DNA from: Octopus vulgaris
Lineage: Eukaryota
DNA length: 64,000 nucleotides
NCBI GenBank assembly: GCA_951406725.2
Contig: OX597814.1
Span: forward strand, 211,234,001 to 211,298,000
Direction: 5' to 3'
In this document: positions 1 to 13,463 of the stretch, in pieces
How the letters are laid out: each line of letters opens with the position of its first letter
Position numbering within the stretch: the first letter of the stretch is position 1
The notes under the pieces: model-generated
The model's input: only the letters and a program-made list of their open reading frames with translations
What the model was told of the DNA's origin: nothing
Database searches by the model: none
Position numbers and translations under genes: made by a program

Positions 1-37
<37 letters not shown>

Positions 38-78
38 AATATATATACATATATACATATACATATATATATATATAT

Positions 79-144
<66 letters not shown>

Positions 145-186
145 CATATATATATAAATATACATACAGATATACATATACATATA
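1..186. repeat. (TA)n/(CA)n microsatellite
   Basis: Directly visible dinucleotide array. Confidence 0.95.
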
Positions 187-432
187 TTGGTAACTATGTG
201 GATTAAGAAATTTGGTACATCAAATATATTACATATATTACATGTATTAGTTTTAGTACGAAATAACTCGGAACTGGGAGGTAACGGTCAAATTTTCATT
301 TTAAAAGAGTAACATATACTCCACCAAACATTATTGAGTTATCCTTCAACTGAATGTCATGTTTTTACTATATATAGCTCAATATAAAAAGAAACTCCAA
401 CATGTGTGTGTGTGTATGTATGTATGCCTATA

Positions 433-474
<42 letters not shown>

Positions 475-839
475 CGTCAGTTTGTCTGTGCGTGTTTCTG
501 TGTGTCTGTTTGCTTGTACCCTCACCCTGACCACGGCTTTCAACCGATTCTGATTAAACTTGACACACACATAGCCCAATGTCATAATTCAAAACTAACG
601 CACCGAAAATTTTGAAAAGTTCCCCCAGTTCTGAAAAAAATCGATAAATTCGACATGGGGTCGACAATCAGAAACACAAACAGCAAATTGTCTAGGGGAC
701 GCAACTCCACCTTTTTAACTAAAAAAAAATTTACCATCATTTTTTTCCATTTATTTGCTACTTTTGGGCTATAACTCTCTAAAAATGCCTTATAGTTATT
801 TCCCTTACAAACCTGAGCAACGCCGGGCGATACTGCTAG
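433..839 (+). mobile_element. Non-autonomous Helitron
   Basis: A|TC start (432-434) followed by (TA)n and a GTCTGT-rich subterminus. GC-rich hairpin CCTGAGCAACGCCGGG (812-827), then CTAG|T end (836-840). Confidence 0.75.
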
Positions 840-2996
840 TATATATATATATGTGTGTGTGTGTGTGTATGTGTGTGTGTGCATGTGTATGTGTATACAA
901 ATATACATTTATATACATATATATTGACATATATATGTATATTTTTCCACCTTTAAAATTACATCACTTTTTTCAGAGGTCTTGTATAAGGTTAACATTC
1001 TCTCATAACATAACTTTGTAAGGGGATCTTTTCTAGAACGCTTGTAGTTTTCTTGCTTTAGGTTTGACCTTATCGTCACACGGTTCAAAATATTTAGTGA
1101 ACAAAATCACCCCAATTTTCTGACATCAAATCACATTAAATGAAATTTACTTCTTCTAGGACAGAGATCGATAAAATAAACGCCATTCACGTACTAAGAT
1201 CAACTCACTCGAATTATCCTGCTTAACATATGCTGCATACTAATATAATGTAGCTTTCAATGCAGCAGAGCCAAAGTAACTGAAACGTCTTACAACGATC
1301 AGACTTGAATTAGGAATTTCACAATTCTATATTAACTTTATTACGTCTGATTCAATTAACTACTGTCCAACACTTAACAAACCTGGCCATATTGAAATAT
1401 AAAGTATGTAGTTAATTTTAATGGTATACGATGTCTCCTTGTTCGTTTATTTTTCAATGTCGTAGTTTAATATGTGCATTGACGTCGCAAACAATATTAC
1501 TAAAGTAAGAATTTGTTACAAAAGGTTTGTATAACATATGTTCATAATTTCTTTTATAATTCCATCATTAACTCAAGTTATGAAGTTTTGGAATTTTAAA
1601 GAGCGCATACAAAGAAAATGTTCATTAATTATCTCTTTCTCTCATCTTTGCATACATTGATTCTCTTCAGCTGTATGTTTTGAGTGAAATGTTTATTATG
1701 CAACTTCAATTTTACAAGAACGAGCAGATGAATTAAATTACAACTTATAGAATTTTTAGTTCACTTTTAGTGAACGATGTTTAGTAAGCATTAATTTATT
1801 GGAAATGCATGTAAAGGAACCTATTCTTTTATACTCGAACGCATGGTGCAAAAGAATCATTAGTTATTCAACACTAGATAGAATATGAACAAATTGCAAT
1901 TTATGTTCTAGTTATGATGACATTGCCTGTTATGGCAGGTGCAAATCTATTAATCACATGACGATTATTAAATTTATGTTACGTAATATTCAAATTGATT
2001 TTACCATCATTAGTGTTGCGACTGCATCTTGTTTTCCTTTAATGATTGTTGATCATTGACTTTGGTTTAGTATTATTTCAATAAACTATATGTTTGTGCA
2101 GAAATATGTGGACTACATAAATATTTTGCACAATATACATACACACATATATACATGCACATATACTTGTGTGTGTGAATGTGTGTCCGTGTGTGCGGTG
2201 CGTGCAAATGTGTGTGTATGTACACATCGCGTACTCTGCTTTGATTGTTATTTGATCCGAGAAATCAAAACTAAAATGTTATAGTAATGTTGTACAACTA
2301 GTACTTTTGATACATCAAAATACGTGTATATATTTGTTTGTAGGCGTTTATGCTTCCATGCGTATGTATACGCGTCCATGTACATGTATGTGTGTATGTG
2401 CGCGTGAATGTTAGTGGGAGTGAGCGATGTTCAAGCTTTAAAGTTATCCATGATAAACAAAAGAATATTCAGACGACGAAATTTAATAAATATACCCATT
2501 TTTAAATAACCATTTAGCTGCAGTTTTATTTCCTGTCACACGCAACATAGATTGGAAAGTGTATAATATATTTCACTAGCCGTACATTGTTTCCCTTTGA
2601 TCGGATGGGTGACAATTTCCAGAGTTTTGTGGGTACAAGTAGTAATTAATTGTAAATAAAAATGCAACAGAATAAGCTACGGAGTATTTTGGAGGACAGG
2701 TGGGAAGTAAGGGACTGTGCTGTTAAAAGCGTTATACTGTACACGGCATGAAACAGGATCTCTGAAATTGGATGCTTAAAAATGTCTATGTGTGTACTAT
2801 AGTCTTGTAAAAACATTATTTATGGCGGATAATTTAACAAAGCAACATATCGGTTATTGCGAAACCAACATATAAATCGTACTCTGGTAAATAGAAAAAT
2901 CAGATCATTCAGTGTTGCTTCTAGTGAGCACACATGTATGCACACGGACGCAGGCATGCACACGCACTCACATATAAACACGCACACACAACCACG

Positions 2997-3030
<34 letters not shown>

Positions 3031-3113
3031 GTCCGTTGCAGTGCATCATACGTTCTGCGTGTATGAGTGCTTATGTGTGTGATAGTGTATTAATACGAAC
3101 ACACACACACGAC

Positions 3114-3160
<47 letters not shown>

Positions 3161-3461
3161 TGCACGCACGCATATTTACGCGTGCATTAATGCTTTTACT
3201 TCAAGTTCTATATCAAACAGCTGGACACGTAGATGGAGCACTTAATATTTTAAATATTGGGGAGGAGACTTTCCCCCTCTACATGCACAAACAGCAATTC
3301 TTCAAATTTTCAAGCAGCTCCACCTTGCAAGCCACTTTGCCACCTCTTGAACGTAGATATTTTCTGTTCGGGACGTTAACTATACGCATTATATGAGCAT
3401 TATGCATAAAAGACATAAGCCATCATAGATTCATACTGATTTCTTTCATATATGTATATTT

Positions 3462-3865
3462 GCAGGAGTGGCTGTGTGGTAAGTAGTTTGCTAACCAACC
3501 ACATGGTTCTGTGTTCAGTCCCACTGTGTGGCACCTTGGGCAAGTGTCATCTACTATAGCCTCGAGCCGACCAAATTCTTGTGAGTGGATTTGGTAGACG
3601 GAAACTGAAAGAGGCCCGTCGTATATATGTATATATATGTGTGTGTGTTTGTGTGTCTGTGTTTGCCCCCCCCCCCCGAACATCGCTTGACAACCAATGC
3701 TGGTGTGTGTACGTCCCCGTAACTTAGCGGTTCGGCAAAAGAGCCCGATAGAATAAGTACTAGGCTTACGAGGAATAAGTCCTGGGGTCGATTTCCTCAA
3801 CTAAAGGCGGTGCTCCAGCATGGCCGCAGTCAAATGACTGAAGCAACTAAAAGAGTAAAAGAGTA
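3462..3865 (+). mobile_element. tRNA-derived SINE family A, near full length
   Basis: A-box-like GTGGCTGTGTGG, B-box-like GTTCAGTCCC, CORE-like CACCTTGGGCAAGTGTC, internal TA/TG microsatellite, (TAAAAGAG)n tail. Multiple copies in the window. Confidence 0.9.
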
Positions 3866-3884
3866 TACATATGTATATATATAT

Positions 3885-3915
<31 letters not shown>

Positions 3916-3925
3916 CATATATATT

Positions 3926-4265
3926 GAGACCCCCTTCGGTCACGACACAGACCATGAGATTGCACCTAGAAAGTTACCCTCCCAGGCACAAGTCCGGGAA
4001 AGGTTATTTATGAAAGACCAGCAATCGCCCATGCATACCAGCTCCCCGTCTTCACGCCACCGATGTTATCCAAGGGAAAGCCAAAGGGGCCGATACAGCT
4101 TGGCACATGTGACGTCGCAACTCATTTCTACAGCTGAGTGAGCTGGAGCAACGTGAAATAAAGTGTCTTGCTCAAGAACACAACACGCAGCCTGGTCCAG
4201 GATTCGAGCTCACAACCTCAGGATGGTTTGCTCGACGCTTTAACCACTGAGCCATGCGCCTTCAC
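3926..4265 (-). mobile_element. tRNA-derived SINE family B (V/Meta-like central domain)
   Basis: Minus strand reads GGCGCATGGCTCAGTGGTTAAAGCG...GCTCGAATCC, then GTGTTCTTGAGCAAGACACTT...CTCAGCTGTAGAAATGAGT. Second copy at 63811. Confidence 0.85.
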
Positions 4266-4799
4266 TGTATATATGCATATATTTATTTAGAACCGCATTG
4301 GTAAGTCAGTATAGCTAGACATTGCAAATATGTAACGATTTTCTTCACATATAAATACCCATTATTCATTTATGTATTATCAGTCGCCATCAATTATAAG
4401 GTTTAATGTACGAAAGGCCTGACTGCAATATACTTAAAATGTAGATTATCTGTGTTATTGAATATATTGAATATAGGGATATTAATTGGCAAAAGCATAT
4501 AAAGAAATAATGATTTCTTACATTGGCACAGAAGCAACTGAAATGTAGGTGAAGGGCATACAAGGAATCGAATGACGCCTTCGAAAGCGTGTACAAAATT
4601 GTGAGTTCTAATTGAGTAGAATATTCTAGTAAGCTTAAAACAATGGCATTATACTCTCTAATAGCGAGTGTTTCAATGTTTCATTCAATCAAGCAGATAT
4701 TTTGTTAAAATAGCAGTTTAGTGAAGGGAAATAGAAACGAAATATCGAACGTAAAGCCCTGTATATATTCTGTACTTTTAGTCACTGGACTGTTACTAT

Positions 4800-5005
4800 T
4801 ACTCTTTGACTCTTTTACTTGTTTCAGTCATTTGACTGCGGCCATGCTGGAGCACCGCCCTTAATCGAGCAACTCGACCCCGGGACTTATTATTTTGTAA
4901 GCCCAGCACTTATTCTATCGGTCTCTTTTGCCGAACCGCTAAGTAACGGGGACATAAACACACCAGCATCGGTTGTCAAGCAATGTTAGGGGGACAGACT
5001 CACAA

Positions 5006-5060
<55 letters not shown>

Positions 5061-5225
5061 TACGACAGGCTTCTTTCAGTTTCCGTCTATCAAATCCACT
5101 CACAAGGCATTGGTCGGCCCGGGGCTATAGCAGAAGACACTTGCCCAAGATGCCACGCAGTGGGACTGAACCCAGAACCATGTGGTTGGTTAGCAAGCTA
5201 CTTACCACACAGCCACTCCTGCGCC
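4800..5225 (-). mobile_element. SINE family A copy
   Basis: Reverse complement of 3462-3865 with a longer internal (TA)n. Confidence 0.9.
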
Positions 5226-5961
5226 TATAGATATATTATCAAACAGAGTGATAGAAGCAACTTAGAGAAGAGAGTATTGTTTCTTCATAAATACATGGGA
5301 CAAAATTGTAGTTGAGATGTATTGGCCGCAGTTCAATATACCCTAGAATTCACCCTCCCTGAAATTTAATTCACTATTCATATGTACTTATAACTTGCAC
5401 TTTAAACACATCCTATTAAACATTGCTTGTCACAACTGACTTGTCTGTAAAATGCAAGCGGAGTGTTGGAAGCTTGCCATTCAATAAATTTTGGGGAGTA
5501 ACTTTGAAAAAGGTACCAGACATCTAATGGATTAAGTTATTTCGCAGGCAAAAGTGGTTGAAGGGCGGTAGAGAGGCAATTAGATATGGCGACATGTGTC
5601 AGCGGAAGAGGGAGAGAGAATATTAGTCCTGGTAGACAAAATACTCAATATTAAGGCAGCAAACTGTCGCGTGGCTTTAAGGACCATACGCATATAGTTT
5701 GGAATTGTAGAGTCTGCTGAAAACAGAATTATTCATGAAGATCAGAACATTCGCACAGCTTTTTTCTGGAGTGCACAGTGACGAGCATTCTGACAACAAG
5801 ATACTTGAAAGAGAAGGAATTGTAAACTGTCCCAATTTCCCTTCAGTTCAGACTTTGGTATCTTTGATATTTGATTGTTCTCCAAATGTATAAACGCACA
5901 CACATACATACACACACAAGCCCACAAAGACCCACGCACATGCATATATATACATATAGGC

Positions 5962-6085
5962 ATAACCAGCCGAAATTGCAAGGGTGATCCGGTTCTTGAC
6001 TGTAGATTAGAGGCTTCGAATGACCGGTCCGTTTTTTGCGTCGTCTCTTTGAGTGTTCCATTTTGTTCCATTTTGCATTTTTATA
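5962..6085 (+). mobile_element. Dispersed repeat fragment, probable PLE terminal region
   Basis: AGCCGAAATTGC...GACTGTAGATTAGAGGCTTCGAATGA matches the inverted segment at about 15980-16078. Both abut (TA)n. Confidence 0.45.
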
Positions 6086-6096
6086 TAAATTGTTTA

Positions 6097-6278
<182 letters not shown>

Positions 6279-6790
6279 AACGTTACTACCACCTACATAA
6301 TGTCAAAATTGTAACCATTCTCACCACATTTATTCACTGCTCAACTATAATTTGAAATTTCGCGCCATCTGCTGATACAACCTAGGTATATAATACCGCT
6401 TTCTAGAGATAGTGGTAGTCTCAGTTAAAAAGATGTTATTCCGGTTCTAATTATGCCACACTTTTACATCATGCAGGAAGTACAAAGAGAGAAGTGTATC
6501 AAATGTTGCATTCGTAAACGTCGAGCGGGAGGGGGGGGATCAATTTCTCTGAGAGTAAGTGAATGCTCTTTGATTTTCTGTCAGAAAGAAATTATTGCAT
6601 ATTATGCTATGTTATATTTTATTAAAATCTTGGTCATCGAAGTTAGATGAATCATATGGAAAATAAGACAGAAATCCAGGTTCACTTATATAATCGCTAC
6701 ATACATTCATTTGCTGGACATGTACTATGTTAGTACGTAAGTACTTCATGGACAGGCCACATTTAATGTGATGCTACCGCACTTATAGCA

Positions 6791-6841
6791 AATATATATG
6801 CATATTTTTCAGTGTGTTGCGAGCAATACATAGGCCAGAAC
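6791..6841 (+). pseudogene. Possible GIY-YIG endonuclease remnant (PLE)
   Basis: Translates NIYAYFSVCCEQYIGQN, resembling IY..C..C..YIGQT. Short, so it may be chance. Confidence 0.35.
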
Positions 6842-7395
6842 AAAAACTATAAATTCAAGGACGATGCAACCTACGATAAGTGCATTAGCAAAGAGTAATA
6901 TTATATCGTAAAATATAAACCCCTTTAGAATGCGTCCACCATAAATGACACTACTACAAGGGCCTGAGAATAATACCCATGCAAATATGTAAAACGATAT
7001 ATTCAGAACAGTCACTACCCTGGAATTTATTCAGAACGATTACTATCACTACTACTATAACCACAACAATTCACTTTTAGGTCACTTGACCAATTAAGAA
7101 GAGTCAACCAACATTATATAACTGTCAAACCATTCCCGTATTTTTCGTATTCTCTCTCTTCTTTCCCCACTTTCTTCTTCCTCTTCTTATTCCTCCTCTT
7201 CTCCTTCCTCGACCACTGCTGCTTAAACAATCAAAACCAGGAACCCACATCCCTAATCTGCTACTAAATACTGAACCTTCACAAAAGTAAAAGAAACAGA
7301 GGCAGAAAAAGGAAAATATCTCTTGTACTTGAAAACTATGGAAGTATTTTAAGAAGCATTTCACTTATTTTATTCCACAATTTAATTATTTACTC

Positions 7396-7433
7396 TAAGT
7401 TGAAGAAGTTGCAACGGCTGAAACCGGTACTAA
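7396..7433 (+). ncRNA. Ultra-minimal hammerhead-like motif in a PLE terminal repeat
   Basis: AG-TTGAAGA-AGTTG(CAA)CGGCT-GAAA-CCGG-TA-CT, with U at core position 3. The surrounding 7340-7470 matches the inverted 39730-39885. Confidence 0.5.
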
Positions 7434-7471
7434 AATGTGTTTCATGTATTTTAAAATTCTCTGCCTTGTGC

Positions 7472-7504
<33 letters not shown>

Positions 7505-7513
<9 letters not shown>

Positions 7514-7685
7514 AGGTACATATATATATGATGGCGCATACTCGTTATAAATATCACCACCAGAGGCCTAGCAAGTATAAAAAGTCAATAGACAACATAT
7601 TCGTATTTTATACATGATAGGCCACTGGTGGTGATATTTATAACGAATATTCGCCACCCTATATATATATGTACCTTATGAATAT
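7505..7685. repeat. About 78-bp inverted repeat (fold-back)
   Basis: CATAAGGTACATATATATA...CACCACCAGAGGCCTA...GTATAAAA (7505-7582) is the reverse complement of 7606-7685. Confidence 0.9.
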
Positions 7686-7817
7686 GTTCTTAGCATTCTC
7701 GAGGTTTTAGATTGGCATTACATCTATTGCTGACTATAAATACGCCTGCGCGCGATATTTGAAACATTATAGCATTATAGCATATAATGATGAGTTATAA
7801 GCTAGTTGTTTAGGCTG

Positions 7818-7925
7818 GTTACTGACGAGGATTTCCCTGGGAGATAATATCGTCTTGCTAACTTATCTATTAAAAGATATCAAACGATATTATTCTGCTA
7901 AAGTAATCCGAAACCATGGTATAAC
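7818..7925 (+). ncRNA. Type-I hammerhead ribozyme, canonical core, PLE-type palindromic stem III
   Basis: Stem I GTTA/TAAC; CTGACGA (7822-7828); stem II GGATT...AATCC; GAAA (7910-7913); CCATGG; GUA cleavage triplet ending at 7921. Confidence 0.8.
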
Positions 7926-8055
7926 AATGGTAAAGGTTTTTATTTTTCATTTACTTCGAAATTTGCTATAAAATTGTGGTTTTTTGGCCGTGTTAGCTGC
8001 TATTTCTAGCATGTAACATTACCTGTTAAAGGGTAATTTTCTATTTTGAAATACG

Positions 8056-8094
<39 letters not shown>

Positions 8095-10535
8095 ATGGAG
8101 ATAACTTATGTTATTTGCTTGGTAAAATACAGTTTAATACATATACAATGTCCTACATTTCCTCAGGATTCATAGGTTCATGCCATTATTTATCTGGCGT
8201 TAGTTATCCACGTTAGTTATATGTATAGTACGTCACCAATGGCTTAATACGCATGTAAGCAACGAGAGATCATTTGATGATTCAGGAGAATGATAAATTT
8301 AAAACTTGATCAGCAAATCAAAGTCCACCAACTTCCGTCAGATGACATTCTTCGTATAAATTTAAGCTTACAATTAAATAATAACGAATAAAATATGCCA
8401 AAATGAAATACGTTTAATTCGTTATTAGGACACAAGCTTACACGTGTGAGGAATATAAATGATATTTTTTATATGATTAATCCATGTGATTTTTAAATGT
8501 TGTTTACTTCATGAATTTATAACATGTGACATCCACTTCTATATGAATCATTGGGCTTCTTCAGTAAGAATCATAACATAAATGATTTTGACCCTAAAAT
8601 GTGCTGCTCCGTCGCAATTTTTTACGGTCAACATCACACGAAGATGTTGCAAATACACACCATGCTTATGTAATTATTTTTTGAAATTATTAAGTGAAGA
8701 ATAATTGTTTCTATGTTTTACAGAAGGCCAACAGCTTTCGAGCGTGTGGACTATATCGACTACAGTACTTGAATTTACTTTCTTTTATCGAGCATGCGGA
8801 AGGAAAGAAAAGTTGGCAGCATGGGTATGTAAATTCAGGAAGTACAATATCAAAAGAAATCTTGCTAAACAGTTTGTCTGATGCGCTAACGATACTACCA
8901 GCGCTCTGTCTTAGAAAATGGAGAATAATGAAGACTAAAAGAAGAACTGGTTGGCTTAGGTTTTAGACTTGGCCTATGAATCAACGCTGTATATTGATTT
9001 CTTCCAACAGTTTCTTCTATCCTTTAAAAACAACATGAAAATGATTTCCAACAGATATGGCACAACAATTCGCAGGACATGTAACAATCGACTGAATTGA
9101 TTTGAAGTTCTTGACGTATTTTATTGACGCAAGAAGATACAGAAAGCAATGGCGGAAGCAACGGAATTGAAAAGATACCTCAGATACCACGAGGGATATT
9201 ATCCAAATATCTACCAATAATTCCATTCTTCGCTTTCAATAATGTTTCCTATTTCCAAGGTAATATGCATTATATGATGAAACAATAATGAAGTACTTGT
9301 GTTAACATACTATATATCTGAGTGTGTGTGCCCGACCGTAAGCATATATATACACACATGCATACAGACATACATATGTGTAAATAAGTGTGTGTACCCA
9401 AACGTATATAAGATTGTATGTGTGTAAATATGTTTCTAAGTATATAACAATAGAATTTGAACAATGAGTATGAAGGATGGCAGCTGAACATCGACGTGTT
9501 TTTAGTTCCCTAGCTCTTCAGTTTATTACACTCAGAAGCGATATAATCTAGAAAACCATATTTTCTACGAAATATGCACGAAATATTTTCACACATCTCC
9601 ATTTCATATCAAATATTCCATGAAATATGTTACAATCAATAGAGCAGTAGATTTTAGTTTGAAGAGCACTGCACTTAATTATGTCCCTCTCGTCCTACAA
9701 TAAATGCTCTCTAGCAGCAAATTACATCTTGCCCGGCCAAGGTCGATGAAAGGAAGTACTAATCAATATGCTAGGAGTATACCCCGCTGACCAACATCCA
9801 TTACGTTCGTCCTGGCTTTTCTAGATAACTATTTAGCATTCTCAAATGGATCTAAATTCTTCATTCTTTGCAAAATATGACCTTTTGTATTAGTCACCTT
9901 ATAAAACAATGCAGCATGTCTCATGAGAAATTGGTGACAGAAATTAGAGAACACGTGTTCCACTCAGTCATGTCATATATGCAACGAGCAATAACAACAA
10001 TGCAACCGTTCAACTTATTAGGAATAATAGGAAAATCATATCCATAATAAACAAATTCACAAACTATCAAGGACAAACTGAATAAAACAGTAACGGTAGT
10101 TTGAATGGCATTACAATGGGCAAGGGAGTGAAATACGTTTGCACATATGTTTCATCAGAAATCGTTACCGTTTGAGTAGCAGCGAAAATCACAACGGCAA
10201 CAGCAAATAACCACAGAAAGCACCTTACTATAATGGATGTTATGTTTGTCTTCCTGTTCCCTCTTCACTGTCAAACGACTGGACCAATGGGCGCGATATT
10301 TTTCGGGATTACGAAGGAGTAAATCAGGGAGGTTTTTCGCAGCAAAAATGTGAAGAAGTATGATTACTTAGTGGATATTGAGTTTTGTATTAAGATATCA
10401 CATTTGACTTTTGCGTTAAAATTCCGGCAGCGAAGGTTAACTCTGGAGTTCTCCCCCGTGTAGTTCGTGAATTTAAAGGGTTTAGATTTGCGATACTCTC
10501 CCCTTATTCCCCATCGTAGATGGGCAGATTTGCTA

Positions 10536-11577
10536 TCTTATTATAATTGCCGTCATGTCCATCTGTCTAAACGTCTGTCCATATGTCCCTCTTTTTGTCT
10601 GTTTCCTCTTCACACCGAAGATGGTCGTTAGGAAGGATTTTAGCATTAATAAATCAGAAAGTATAATTATTTGGTGGATACCGATTTTTGAATTAGTAAA
10701 CCACCTTTGAATTTTTATAAGAATTCACCGACAACGAGTGACTCTGGATTTTCATCGTTTAGTTCTTGAGAACGGTTCATAGCGAAAATGAATTGGAAAA
10801 AAATGTGTGTGTCTATATATATTGTGTGTGATTATTTAGTGATTATTGAAGTGTGTCAGTCTCGAGCAGGATTCAAAACGGCTATTATTTAAGACTGAGT
10901 TTTGTCAATCAAAATAAATGTCAAGTAAGTCTTAGTTGGATTTGTTTGCAACCCCAAAGATTCCGATCGCGCATTCACAACATCAAGGCACAGGGCAAGA
11001 CTTTAGATCCTGTAAGTGCATTTTAACGCACTGCGATGTTTACAAACGGCCAGTTATACGTCACTTTGAGTAGAGCAACGAACTTCAGTAATTTGAAAAT
11101 TAGTATCGAACAAACAGAAACTATTGTCTACAAAGAGGTTTTGTAATCTCATTAATATTATCGAAAGGAATATGCTTCATAATTTAAATAAGGAAAATTG
11201 TGAATCTTGAATGTATAAGAGTATCAAGAAGCGTAAAAAATGTGCAAACAACTAAAATGCATGAATATCTAAATACTTTTTTATGTAGTGGTCAAAGGAA
11301 GCTCTGGTTTTCGTAAGGAGTGGTCCACATAACGATTCATGATACAGAGGCTGGGAGCCTATTTTAGTTTGGAAGAGAATTATCATCACATTTCACTTAG
11401 TCGCAAACACATGTCATATAGCTGCAATAGAACGATGTATCACCAACAATAATGTAATTTCACAAAGACATCCCCCAGTAATCTATCAAGTCCATTTACA
11501 CATTTCTTAATACCTACTACTGTTATGACTTCCTTCCCTCATTTTATACCTCCATCGTACATGGGTAGATTTACTAG
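10536..11577 (+). mobile_element. Internally deleted Helitron with Pif1-helicase C-terminal remnant
   Basis: TC start and hairpin CCATCGTACATGG plus CTAG|T end. About 10979-11146 translates NIKAQGKTLDPV...FTNGQLYVTLSRA...IVYKEVL* (Pif1 motifs V/VI, one stop). Confidence 0.8.
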
Positions 11578-12218
11578 TCAGGGTAATTGGGTTAATGCAC
11601 AGAGTATATTAAATAGAAATTCAATGGAAAATAGAAAGGGTGTTCCGTTATCAACATATTGGTCAACATTTACACTAAATATTGGTCTGCAGGTTATTTT
11701 TATTGCATTTCATTCTCTTTTTTTAAAAAAAATATTGTCTACAAATGGAAGTTTTTACTAAAATTAATAATTTTACTGTAGGGAAAAAAAATCGGCATAT
11801 CTGTAAATATTAGATATTTTATTGAGATAGATCTCTTTCATGAGATGTCGATATTAATTTTCATATATGTAAATTCTCTTTCAAGATAAAAGAACCCCTG
11901 TATTTTAATGTCTCGAGTGACATGAGAACAACTGTAGTGTATGAAAATGCGTAAAAAGTTAGTTAAACATTGTGAAACCAATATTTATTTAAAACATTTT
12001 AATCCTGTTATAGCATTAAACATTTACAAATGAATTTCAGAACAAAATAAAAAAGCAAATACATTCAGAAGCTCGAAACAACCAACGCTCACAAACGCTT
12101 ATACACATGCACACATATACATACTCACAGTATGTATACTCACATATGGATACATTCATATATATACGCGCGTGTGTGTCTGTGTGTATGTGCTTGTTTG
12201 TAAGTAAATATATATATA

Positions 12219-12267
<49 letters not shown>

Positions 12268-12540
12268 CATGTCACACGCGCAGACGCATGTATAATTAAT
12301 TTAGGTATTTTATTGATATTTTGCCAAATCGCCGCATTATTCTTTAGTGTATATAAGGTGTCATCGTCCAAAATACTAATTTTATAGTGGCTTGTTGTTT
12401 TATAGCCAAAGATGTATGGAAGACATGCTGCCAGTTTACATGAATCGTTGCGTGAGTGCATTATGCTGATGTGAAAGTATGTTGATTGAATTCTTTCATA
12501 TCTAAAATATTTGAAACACACGCATATACATTCAACACTC

Positions 12541-12577
<37 letters not shown>

Positions 12578-13369
12578 GCAGAGAGAAAGAAAAAAAAGAG
12601 AGAGAGAGAGTTAAATTGATAGATAAATTTTAGAAACAGACATATGAGTTTGAAAGTTTGCAGTTAAAAATATGCACAAATGTGCTACCATATATGGTTA
12701 CACATGTGTTTGAGTCTAATATGAAAAAAAAAATGAAAAGAAGAGAGAAATGTGTCGTAAATAAATTAAACTGTGTGGACAATATGATCGTATATTCTGA
12801 GTATCTGACATATATGATATTTAAAAAAAAAATTTTTTTCTATATATTAACTATTTACTAAATTCATAAAGGCTCAGTTTATTACATGTAGGAAATAATA
12901 CCATTAATTTGGAGGTAAAAATATAGAGCAGTTGAGACATATTTCATAAATATATCTCGAAGGAAAAATATGTTTCTTCCTGTCCATCTGTCAATCGTTC
13001 TCTCTTATCCCTGTTACTCTCCCTCTCTGCCTCTTTCTCTTTTCCTCTTCTATTGCATTTCGTATTTAGAAACGCTTTGGTCTGTAAATCCCTGATTTTG
13101 AAGTATGGCTAGCATATAAGCAAGTGCAGGCACATCAAATAGGCATTCTTCTCTTATTAATAGCATTTAATATACGAGGAACATAATATATATTGATGTT
13201 CTTAAGTCGTGGAACCAACATACGCTCCACACAACTGTCTCTCATAAATGTGTGTGTGTGTGTGTGTATGTAAGCAAGTATACGAACAAGTAATTATATA
13301 CATGCATATATAAAACATATAGTGTATGAAATACATATACACATATAAACGCAAATATACACAGACATA

Positions 13370-13430
13370 TAAATAAATGTGTTTATAGATATATGTATTA
13401 TATATGTATATATATGTATATATATATGTG

Positions 13431-13463
<33 letters not shown>

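Noticed and set aside
3423-5315. Recurring ORFs with YQIHSQ...EDTCPRCHAVGLNPEPCGW, also near 41351 and 61765
   Set aside because: Antisense translations of SINE A copies, not a protein family
6477-6554. Candidate 78-nt exon (CAG|...|GTAAGT)
   Set aside because: Weak polypyrimidine tract, unrecognisable peptide and no partner exons; needs RNA-seq
8694-8966. 90-aa ORF after a TTTTACAG acceptor-like site
   Set aside because: Sequence resembles a decayed minus-strand SINE C, with no protein motif
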